Origin: a virus
DNA: 64,000 nucleotides
Reading direction: 5' to 3' (one strand)
Virus record (IMG/VR): IMGVR_UViG_3300032323_003610
Span: 4,760 to 68,759 of that record
The position numbers and the translations under genes are program-made. Under the pieces are notes generated by a model. The model was not told the origin of the DNA, did not search any database, and saw only the letters and a list, made by a program, of their open reading frames with translations. Shown in pieces: positions 40,498 through 48,694 of this stretch. The number at the start of each line of letters is the position of its first letter. Position 1 is the stretch's first letter.

Positions 40498-40712
40498 TCC
40501 TGGACTCTGACCAGATCAGCGCAATGGTTGATCAAATGGACAAAGAAACTACCGATATCAGGCAAGAGGCGTTGAAAGTGGCGTGGTACATGCGAGGCGG
40601 AGTCAGTTATGATCAAGCGCTGCAACTCAGTGTCAGTGAGCGCACCAGTATTAGTAATCTCCTAAAAGAAAATTTAGAAACAACCAAAAAAACAGGCTTG
40701 CCATTCTTTTAG
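40476..40712 (+). CDS. gp51-like hub/tail assembly chaperone ORF (-1 frame extension of gp26-like; alternative ATG 40524)
   Basis: WYMRGGVSYDQAL.LS..ER motif. The frame is open from before the T-TTT-TTC site. Confidence 0.65.
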   Translation, partial: FFRTRLLVLDSDQISAMVDQMDKETTDIRQEALKVAWYMRGGVSYDQALQLSVSERTSISNLLKENLETTKKTGLPFF

Positions 40713-40715
40713 ATC

Positions 40716-41222
40716 ATGTTAGATATCAAAACTGTTGCCTACAACATCGAACGATGGATAGAAACCTTTGTAGAAGTTCCGCACCCTGCATTAGGAGGAT
40801 GGGCTCCGTGTCCTTATGCCAGGCGGGCCAGATTAGATCAGGATTATACTATCCGTGTAGGAGTTAATCCTTACTTTGATCTCTTAAATGTGGCTAGAGA
40901 CGGCCTGGGCGGTAAAAGTGTAGTGATACTGGCATATGACCCTGATGAATTTTTCTACGCACAGTTTACCAGTGATGTACGTGCAGCCAATCAAGAAGTA
41001 CTGTTAAGCCGTAATATGTTGGCCCTAGAAGATCACCCTGGTGATCCAGAAATAGTCAATGGTGTCGCAATGAATCAAGGCACCTACGCACTAGCCCTGG
41101 TGCAGAGTCTAAGTGACCTTGACCAAAAAGCACGGGCCATGGCCAACCGAGGATTTTACGATACCTGGCCCGAAGACTATCTCACAGCACTATTTGAACA
41201 CAGACAGGATCCACGGGCATGA
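40716..41222 (+). CDS. Hypothetical protein, DUF1415-like
   Basis: W...FVE.PHP.LGGWAPCPYA...DHP motifs. Confidence 0.55.
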   Translation: MLDIKTVAYNIERWIETFVEVPHPALGGWAPCPYARRARLDQDYTIRVGVNPYFDLLNVARDGLGGKSVVILAYDPDEFFYAQFTSDVRAANQEVLLSRNMLALEDHPGDPEIVNGVAMNQGTYALALVQSLSDLDQKARAMANRGFYDTWPEDYLTALFEHRQDPRA

Positions 41223-41653
41223 CCTATCAGTACGCCAGGATTGATTTGCACAAAAACACCTATCAACCCACAGTAGATTGGTATTATATCACTGAGCCCA
41301 ACATCGCAGTTCTGCAAGATATCTATAGAACCTATTGCATCTACAAACATTTTGCAAGTGTGATGCCCTTGTTTGATTCGCAATTTACTGATCCTATGAC
41401 TGATGTTATTGGCTACCGTGAGCAGGGACAGTTGGTGGCATTTAGTTTAATGAAACGCTACGACGATAAAAATGTCTTGGCTAGCCAATTTGCATGGACT
41501 TACCATAACCCACGCACCAAACTGGGAGTAGAAAGTTTAAAAACAGAGTGTGCTGTGTATCGAGAACGAGGTTTTCGGTACTTGTATCTGGATCAAGCAC
41601 ACCTGTACAAACAAGGCCTTGAAGGCTTCGAAATTTTAGGAGGATTACAATAA
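41219..41653 (+). CDS. GNAT-fold protein resembling arginyl/aminoacyl-tRNA-protein transferase C-terminal domain
   Basis: GY...GQLVAFS...QFAWTY..P..KLG..SL..E......GFRYLYL.....YK pattern, as in ATE1/Bpt C-domains. Confidence 0.55.
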   Translation: MTYQYARIDLHKNTYQPTVDWYYITEPNIAVLQDIYRTYCIYKHFASVMPLFDSQFTDPMTDVIGYREQGQLVAFSLMKRYDDKNVLASQFAWTYHNPRTKLGVESLKTECAVYRERGFRYLYLDQAHLYKQGLEGFEILGGLQ

Positions 41654-41988
41654 TGGCAGACTTATACACAATCTGGGCCAGCAAAGCTGGTGACATCAGC
41701 GACACAGAATTTGTTGACAACATGCGCGGTTTCTTGCAACATCTAGTGGACGAAAACAAGATGATATCTTTTAGAATCACTCGTTGTAAAATGGGCTTTC
41801 GCAGTGTGGCTGACATGCCCGAATGGTTTATCCTGATGGAATTTCGTGACATGGCACAAATTGATGAAGCGTTCCGTCGCGTTGCTCCATTAAGTGGCGA
41901 ACTAGAAGACAAGCATCGGAGTTTTAATCAGTTTGTTGGTGGAGATATACAACACGCACTTTGGCGTGATTATCCTGATACATTCTGA
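41653..41988 (+). CDS. Small dimeric alpha-beta barrel-like protein (DUF6614-like)
   Basis: 111 aa, FRITRCKMGFRS...PEWFILMEF.DMAQ.D.AF. Confidence 0.5.
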   Translation: MADLYTIWASKAGDISDTEFVDNMRGFLQHLVDENKMISFRITRCKMGFRSVADMPEWFILMEFRDMAQIDEAFRRVAPLSGELEDKHRSFNQFVGGDIQHALWRDYPDTF

Positions 41989-41989
41989 T

Positions 41990-42400
41990 TGATGTTTAGA
42001 GATTAGCTGCGCTAATCTATGTGTGTCGCTACGCTCACACATGATTGTCTTTCTCTTGCATTATCCAGATTATGCGGTCACAATTCACCGTATGCACGGT
42101 GAACTGACTTCTACATTATCCGAGTTGTAGCTGTCATTTATCATAATGAGATTGTAGTTTCCTACGCGGAGGCGGTTGACCGGTACCCCCTACTCAAGCT
42201 TCACATATCAACGGAACCCTAGTGACCCGACGATAAATCCAAGTCCTACGAGCATGAGTTGTGTCTTTTTCACAGAGCTCAAACCATTTGTTGCCTTAAG
42301 TTAGCAATTGCCTTTGACGCCCAAAGTTTTCCAGACCGGGTATTGCACCGTTCTTCGATGGGGCCGGATCAAACATCCAGCACAGAGTCGGTAAAGTTGC
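41990..42400 (-). ncRNA. Candidate large structured ncRNA or cis-element
   Basis: ~410 nt without a credible ORF, at least 8 hairpins, a GAAA tetraloop on the minus strand and a duplicated GGATAATG loop motif. Confidence 0.55.
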
Positions 42401-42401
42401 C

Positions 42402-43403
42402 TTACTGTATTTCTATGTTTGTAATTTTACTTTTTGACAAGTCGTGTATATTTGGTTCTAGTAATTGATGTAGTTGTTTTGTATTTGTAAATTTTTCTAG
42501 TTGCCAGGTTTTTAGGTTTAAATTGTGCTTATAAATTAATTCGTGTTGAATAATTGCTTCTTGTACAATGTCTAGATTTAATCTCATTAAATCTAAATCA
42601 TATCCTGATTTGATATTGTCAATAATGGTATCAAAATACCAAACAAATAACATTCTGTTAAGGTGAAATCTACGCCATTGATTATAAACAGTATTCCACT
42701 GTAATCGACGATCTTCGATTATAGGAACTCCTAAATAACTAAACAAATTGTCTACTGTTACATCAAATGTATTCCATAACTCCATTGTGTCTAACCGATA
42801 ATGTTTTTTTGATAAATCTATGTTTGGAATAATAGATACGTTGTGTGTGGGCATTAGATTTAATGCTAAAAATTCCCGTTGATCCCAGATGTTTATTAAC
42901 GACAATTCTTTCCACGCAGACCGAGAGTCTTTGAAAAAATAATCAATAAAATCTTCAAGTGCTTCGTGATCTGTGCTAATTTTTTTTGCTGGATCGTTCC
43001 GGGACTCGACTTCATCGCTACGAATTTTATATGATTTGTTATACAAAAAATGATTTTTAGATAATGTTAATATTATACGTTGATTGCTATCTAGATTAGA
43101 TATAGCCGTCGCAAGATCCTTATCATATGATGTTGTAGTAAATGAAAAATTATGAAAATATATAGTATGAAAATTATCCACCGGGGTTGACGCCAATGCC
43201 GAGTGTATTAAATTAAATGTATCTAATGTACTTGGCTGATTTGGTTTAAAAACGTGAGAATTTTTAATAGTTAACGGGTTTTCAGGAACAGTTATCCAAC
43301 GGTTTGATTTAGCATGATAGTAATTTTTATGTCCAGCAAGAAAGTGCAAACTCCATGTAAGGAATGTGCCGCCAACTCCAGGGTCAGTTAAAACTTCTAT
43401 CAT
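42402..43403 (-). CDS. AT-rich hypothetical protein, P-loop/sulfotransferase-like N-terminus
   Basis: DPGVGGTFLTWSLHFLAG resembles sulfotransferase PAPS loops. Markedly low GC. Confidence 0.45.
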   Translation of the reverse strand: MIEVLTDPGVGGTFLTWSLHFLAGHKNYYHAKSNRWITVPENPLTIKNSHVFKPNQPSTLDTFNLIHSALASTPVDNFHTIYFHNFSFTTTSYDKDLATAISNLDSNQRIILTLSKNHFLYNKSYKIRSDEVESRNDPAKKISTDHEALEDFIDYFFKDSRSAWKELSLINIWDQREFLALNLMPTHNVSIIPNIDLSKKHYRLDTMELWNTFDVTVDNLFSYLGVPIIEDRRLQWNTVYNQWRRFHLNRMLFVWYFDTIIDNIKSGYDLDLMRLNLDIVQEAIIQHELIYKHNLNLKTWQLEKFTNTKQLHQLLEPNIHDLSKSKITNIEIQ

Positions 43404-43419
43404 ACCTATTCTTTAAAAA

Positions 43420-43848
43420 TTAAATTTTGTTTTTGATGTGACTACCGTGTATACGGCAAACTATCTGTCCGTTGTACCAGTCGTCTGATTCTAATACTCT
43501 ATGATTGAATTGTTCTCTAGCTTCTACATAACTGCATTCTGCCTTTGATTTACAATAAAATAATATTTCTCTTGTGAAGTTGTCAGCGCCCAGCGCCAGT
43601 AGGTCTCGATTGAGTTGATCATTGCTGCCATAGTATAGTTGCCAGTCTGAATCAATTTTGCTTCTAATTTTTTTCTTTTTCTTGTTGCCGTTTTTTAATT
43701 TTATTACTTTGTATGAGGTTTTACTAAATTTTGCTAATTTTTTTCCAATGTACTTTCTTCCTGTTACCGTGTTTGTTATTAGGTAAACAAACCCTACACA
43801 GTCTTCGGGTAGTTGTTCAACGTGAGTGTTTTCGTACAACCATATCAT
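43420..43848 (-). CDS. Minimal GIY-YIG family nuclease
   Basis: GFVYLITN...GRKYIGKK...YYGS...FTREIL...E...YN. Confidence 0.88.
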   Translation of the reverse strand: MIWLYENTHVEQLPEDCVGFVYLITNTVTGRKYIGKKLAKFSKTSYKVIKLKNGNKKKKKIRSKIDSDWQLYYGSNDQLNRDLLALGADNFTREILFYCKSKAECSYVEAREQFNHRVLESDDWYNGQIVCRIHGSHIKNKI

Positions 43849-43872
43849 GGACTAGTAGTTATCGTCTGACCA

Positions 43873-44736
43873 TCAACTCAGTTGAATTTCGTATTGCCAC
43901 TGGTCTTGAAATGCTGTAGTCTTGTTGCTAGTACAAACACTAGCACAGGTCTCATTTGGGTTATTTGTTTTCCATGTTTTTTTAACTTCACTAATGTTGG
44001 CTATGGGATTAACAATGCTGTTTCCTAACCAACAGCACGGAATTCTGCGTCCGCGGGCATCGACATATTCGCTTTTTTCCGCTAGGGCCTGGCACTTAAT
44101 TATACCAGTTTTGTTTTTGGGAACTTGCCAATCTATAGGTGCCTCCAGCCCGTTGACCATTGGGCGCTTACTGACCTTTGCCCTAAACCACTTGAATCCC
44201 ATGGTTCTGGCCAATTGTTCGCAAGCACTGACCTGATGTTGATTGTGTTTGTAAACAAGCATGTCCCAATGAGCATTACCATTCCCAGCAATAAATGCGG
44301 TTGCATTACTCATTAGCTTGCGCCAATCAACATTCCGCCTATAAATGGCGTTGGTGTCCTCTAATCCATCGATACTAAACACACAATAATCTCTGGGCTG
44401 GTTAAATATCTGTGCCAGTTCGTGCCACCAGAATGTTGTTTGTATGGCACCATTGGTATTCATACCTAATACAATATTGGGATTTATTGTTCTAAAATAT
44501 CTATACAAATCCAAGGTATATTTTCCAGCTGCTGGATCCCCATAGTTCCCGCACATGAACACTTTTTGTAATTGTGTCAACTGCATCTCGGAATATAGAT
44601 GTTGTATTTGTTCTACACGCAAGTGATGTTGTGCGGATTTATTAAAATCTGTCCTGGTTTCTCTAGCACACAAAGGGCATGCAGCCTGGCACACATCTGT
44701 GGGCTCTAAGTGAAGGACCTTGGTTTTACTAGACAT
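43873..44736 (-). CDS. Radical SAM protein with SPASM/twitch domain
   Basis: CQAACPLC (CxxxCxxC), CGNYGDP, SIDGL, C-terminal PCC...C..C. Confidence 0.9.
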   Translation of the reverse strand: MSSKTKVLHLEPTDVCQAACPLCARETRTDFNKSAQHHLRVEQIQHLYSEMQLTQLQKVFMCGNYGDPAAGKYTLDLYRYFRTINPNIVLGMNTNGAIQTTFWWHELAQIFNQPRDYCVFSIDGLEDTNAIYRRNVDWRKLMSNATAFIAGNGNAHWDMLVYKHNQHQVSACEQLARTMGFKWFRAKVSKRPMVNGLEAPIDWQVPKNKTGIIKCQALAEKSEYVDARGRRIPCCWLGNSIVNPIANISEVKKTWKTNNPNETCASVCTSNKTTAFQDQWQYEIQLS

Positions 44737-45985
44737 TGATATCTTTAATATTTTGGTCATAAAAAAATTGATCAATTTCGGGCCACAATCCACGCCAATT
44801 GGTGTTTCGCCGATGATCAAGTTGATCAAGGGTTAATTGTAGTTTTTTTAGCCTGGTCGGATCAATTTTACTAGCTAACAACAGGTTGACAAGTCCTAAT
44901 AATTTATTTTTGTATAAATTATCTTGATCAGTTGCACAAACAAAATTGTTTGCAATATCGTGTAGTTGTTGGGAAAAAAATTCAGAGCCAAATATTTCTG
45001 GATGTAAAGTAATTGAATTTTCTCCATCCACTACAAAATAATCCTGCACAATAGAGGGATTAATTTTTTTCCAAGAAACAATTTTAGATTGAAACTCGTT
45101 TGTAGTTTTGATACTAAGTGAGGTCAACACCTGATGTATCGATAACTTTAACCATTTGTGTTTAATTAGATATTCAAAGTTTTTTTCCCATTGATCCAAT
45201 TTGATGCCATATCTAATAAACTCTTGTTGGGAGCCCCAGCAGTCAAGGCTGATATGTATATCTGCACGCTTGATTAATCTATTGATCAGTAGTTCTTCAA
45301 CAGTTTCTACATACTGTTGTATTTTTTCTGTGGGAGCATTCAGGTTGGTATTAATAGAAATTTCCAAATTTGGATTGGCTTTCTCTTTTAAAAAATCTAA
45401 TATTTTCCATAGATTTTTTTGTAACATTGGTTCACCGCCTTGAATAGCAAATCTGGTTAGATGTTGAATATTTTGATCTAACCAATTAAGATAGCGATTA
45501 AAATATTGATCGCTGTCAATTGACCTTGAAAAATAATTTAAGCCAAGTATAGTTGGTCCAAAATTTTTAAGCTCGTCGTTGATACGTGAACTAAAAAATG
45601 GTTGACAATATACACAAGCTAGATCACATGTGTTATCTAGATACACTTCACAAAGACTAGGAATTACATAGTCGGACTCACCAAAATTAACAGGTTGTTG
45701 ATCTGGTATTTGATTATGATACAACCGATCACTTAGCCCATGTTGCTTCTCAACGTCGTGACAGTATTCACACCCCCGACCCGAGGGCCATTCTCCTTTT
45801 CGCATAAGGGCCCGATCTTCTAAAACCTTGGGCATATTATGAAAATTTTCAAATTGATCAAGGGGAACAAATTCTGAGTTAACTCGATGACACGAGCTAG
45901 ATGTACCGGTATGAAATCTAAAAGTATTCCATCCCCACTTTAGCACACAAGCTGAATCATTTTGTATTGGAAATATTTTAGACAA
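44729..45985 (-). CDS. Radical SAM protein with N-terminal Cys cluster
   Basis: NTCDLACVYC, GGEPML, N-terminal C...SCH...CEYC. Confidence 0.9.
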   Translation of the reverse strand: MSKIFPIQNDSACVLKWGWNTFRFHTGTSSSCHRVNSEFVPLDQFENFHNMPKVLEDRALMRKGEWPSGRGCEYCHDVEKQHGLSDRLYHNQIPDQQPVNFGESDYVIPSLCEVYLDNTCDLACVYCQPFFSSRINDELKNFGPTILGLNYFSRSIDSDQYFNRYLNWLDQNIQHLTRFAIQGGEPMLQKNLWKILDFLKEKANPNLEISINTNLNAPTEKIQQYVETVEELLINRLIKRADIHISLDCWGSQQEFIRYGIKLDQWEKNFEYLIKHKWLKLSIHQVLTSLSIKTTNEFQSKIVSWKKINPSIVQDYFVVDGENSITLHPEIFGSEFFSQQLHDIANNFVCATDQDNLYKNKLLGLVNLLLASKIDPTRLKKLQLTLDQLDHRRNTNWRGLWPEIDQFFYDQNIKDINV

Positions 45986-47741
45986 TATCTACCTCTGTAT
46001 TGTAACTGGTAAAGCCGCCTTCTTTTACAACCTTGAGAATGTTTCCCACTCGTCCAGCCAATTCATCTCTGTGGCTGACCAGCCAGATACTCTTGTGGCG
46101 CTCGCGGCTCATGTGTTTCAACAAGCCCAGCGCATTTTCAACACCTGCGGTATCTAGGCCATTGTCGATCATTTCGTCAATGAACAAGAGATTGATGGGC
46201 TGATATAAACTTTCAAACACATCGCGGAATGCCCAGCTCATGCTGAGAATCAATCGGTTGCGTTCACCACGACTTAAATTGTCAAAGTCCAGTTCACGTC
46301 CCAGTTCCTCGATGCTGACTGTGAGATCGTTCTGGAATACCACTGTGTGTGGCAAGCCCACACGATCCAAGTAGTGGGTCAGTCTGGTATTGAGATAGCT
46401 CAAATTCTGTTCAATGATCTTTTTGCGTATAAAGCTGTCCTTGCTGGTCAACAGCTTGAGTAAAAAGTCCTGGTGTTCCTGCAAGCGAGTCAAGTTGTTG
46501 AGAGTGTCATAGGAGATTTCCTGTAAGGCCGCACCAGTCATTTCTTCAATCTGCTCGCTGTAGGGATCTGTTTCCGCAGATTTGTCTGCAATTTGTTTTT
46601 CTAAATTGGTCAGGGTGGCCTGGTGATGCACAGCATCTGCTTCGTTGTCATAAAACATTGTGGGCGGCTTGCCTAGCGTGCCCAAGGAGGCGTGGGTAGC
46701 CTCCAGTTCTGATAACAGGGTGCTAAATTCTGTGCCACTCGCTCGCGCCGTTGCCAGATCTGCCTGCTTGCTTTCCATAACCTGTTGGTGCTTACTGTCG
46801 TGGAAGGCTTGCCCACACGTATGACATTCATGGTTCTCGAGCGTTTCAATTTCTTTTGATAGTTTTGCCGCCAACTTTTCCTCCCGGCCGATGTCCAATT
46901 TGACTCGCGAGATCTGACTTGATAGTTCGTTGATATCCTTGCGTTTTTGATCCCATGCCTTATGATCCTTGTGCGCCCGTATCTCTGCCTCAATCTGTAT
47001 ATTCTGTAGCGACTTGAGGGCTTTCTCAAGTTCCGTGATATCTTCCGCATGTTTGGTAGTCCATAGGGTTTGTCTACGCTTCAGTGATTCGATCTGTTCT
47101 TCGATGCGTTTATTGGCCTCTTGAACAGCACGAATACGGAATTCTTCTTGTGTAATGCCTTCCTTGGTAGATCTGTTGTGTTCTTTGATCCGGTCAGCAC
47201 GTTCACTCAGCATGGTAATGCCCAGCAACTGTTCAATGATGGCACGCTGGTCGTTGGCTTTGAGACTCAAGAATGGCTCGGTATAAGTGTTAAGTGCCAA
47301 AATATGTTTGAACATTTCGTGGCTGAGTCCGAGAATATGTTCAATGGCATCCTGTGTTTCTCTTGAGTCGCCCTGTGCTTCGTCTGTGGCTGTTTGTTCT
47401 GCATTGTTGACGTAGAATTTCAACACATTGGGCTTGCGACCACGCTCGATCTTGTAGGACTGTGTGCCCACGGCAAAATCCAAACTCACCAACATGTTCT
47501 TGCTGTTGGTCTTGTTGACCAGATTGTCCTTGCGTATGTTGCTGAGTGCTTGTCCGTACAAGGCATAGCTGAGAGCATTGATGATTGTGGTCTTGCCTGT
47601 GCCGTTTCTGCTTCCGTCACCGCCCAGATCCAGATTCTCTCCTAGGACCAGGGTAAGATCCTGTCTATCAAAATCAATACCTTGAGTGGCATTGCCCACA
47701 CTCATAAAATTTTTTACTGTTAAATTTTTAATTTGGATCAT
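45978..47741 (-). CDS. Recombination endonuclease ATPase subunit (gp46/SbcC/Rad50-like)
   Basis: KNFMSVGN, NGTGKTT Walker A, CHTC zinc hook, LSRGE signature, FIDE Walker B, VSH. Confidence 0.95.
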   Translation of the reverse strand: MIQIKNLTVKNFMSVGNATQGIDFDRQDLTLVLGENLDLGGDGSRNGTGKTTIINALSYALYGQALSNIRKDNLVNKTNSKNMLVSLDFAVGTQSYKIERGRKPNVLKFYVNNAEQTATDEAQGDSRETQDAIEHILGLSHEMFKHILALNTYTEPFLSLKANDQRAIIEQLLGITMLSERADRIKEHNRSTKEGITQEEFRIRAVQEANKRIEEQIESLKRRQTLWTTKHAEDITELEKALKSLQNIQIEAEIRAHKDHKAWDQKRKDINELSSQISRVKLDIGREEKLAAKLSKEIETLENHECHTCGQAFHDSKHQQVMESKQADLATARASGTEFSTLLSELEATHASLGTLGKPPTMFYDNEADAVHHQATLTNLEKQIADKSAETDPYSEQIEEMTGAALQEISYDTLNNLTRLQEHQDFLLKLLTSKDSFIRKKIIEQNLSYLNTRLTHYLDRVGLPHTVVFQNDLTVSIEELGRELDFDNLSRGERNRLILSMSWAFRDVFESLYQPINLLFIDEMIDNGLDTAGVENALGLLKHMSRERHKSIWLVSHRDELAGRVGNILKVVKEGGFTSYNTEVDIV

Positions 47742-47755
47742 GTGCTATTATAGCA

Positions 47756-48694
47756 TTAATCGATTGAAATGTTGTGTCTTTTGACAAGATCCCGATAAAC
47801 TTGAGTCTCAGATGACACAGTTCTGTCAAGTTCTTGTAAACTAACATTCCATGGGTTATAGTTTAGTGTTTTCATTGTTGCTTGTACCTCGGGGGACCTA
47901 AGTGCGACTCTGATATCTCTTTCCAGTATTGTTGCAACATCGTTGGGCACACCTTTGTTAATAAAAAATGAAATCCATGCGGTGGTATATCTAAATTGGT
48001 TGTGTGTCAGTTCTGTCAGGGTTGGTACATCTGGATAGCTTGGGTGCCGAGTAGGACCGGCATACGCAACATATTTGATCTTGTTCGCTTGTTCCATCTT
48101 GGACGACGAAGCAATAGTCGAATACCCAAACAACACATCTTGATTGCTAACATCAATGAACCATTGGTTGAAATCTCTATACGGAACATGGGTCAATTTG
48201 ATTTTGTAAAAGTCACCGAGTTCTAGTCCAGCCATGTGCCCGGTACTGCCAACACTCCACGAACCAAAGGTAGAACTGTTTCCCAGTTTGTACCTAAACT
48301 CATGAAAGTTTTTTGTTTTGGGCGAAGTAAACAACATCAAGTGATTCAAGGTAACAGGGGCCAGGGGCCGGATGTTTTTGATAATTTCTGTGTTTTTGTA
48401 AAGAATCGGATATGACACCACATTGCTATCGCTGTAATACAAACTGTAACCATTTGCTGGTTCTTTGTTGTAGGCCAGTAACCCAACGCTGCCGCCACCG
48501 CCTGGCCGATTGTCAACAACTACCGGAACATTCCAGTTTTTACTCAATTGCTCTGAAATTTGTCGCAACAAATTGTCGGGTCCAGAACCTACCGGAAGAG
48601 AAGTGATAATTTTCACTGGTTTGTCTGGAAAGGTAGATGCATGGCTCAGGCATGTGCCTGCCAATAAAATTAGTGTAAGTAATATTTTTTTCAT
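47756..48694 (-). CDS. Tripartite tricarboxylate transporter substrate-binding protein (Bug/TctC family)
   Basis: Signal peptide, FPDKPVKII...GSGPD..R...VVVDNRPGGGG...HVPYR...PDVPTL.E. Confidence 0.85.
   Translation of the reverse strand: MKKILLTLILLAGTCLSHASTFPDKPVKIITSLPVGSGPDNLLRQISEQLSKNWNVPVVVDNRPGGGGSVGLLAYNKEPANGYSLYYSDSNVVSYPILYKNTEIIKNIRPLAPVTLNHLMLFTSPKTKNFHEFRYKLGNSSTFGSWSVGSTGHMAGLELGDFYKIKLTHVPYRDFNQWFIDVSNQDVLFGYSTIASSSKMEQANKIKYVAYAGPTRHPSYPDVPTLTELTHNQFRYTTAWISFFINKGVPNDVATILERDIRVALRSPEVQATMKTLNYNPWNVSLQELDRTVSSETQVYRDLVKRHNISID

Noticed and set aside
41990-42400. tRNA, tmRNA, RNase P or self-splicing intron identity
   Set aside because: No T-loop GTTCRA with a CCA end, no GAGGAAAGTCC, and no interrupted host gene seen. 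A formal Rfam search is still needed.
42259-42468. 69-aa plus-strand ORF in the structured region
   Set aside because: No SD, no recognisable motif, and it overlaps the end of the minus-strand gene.
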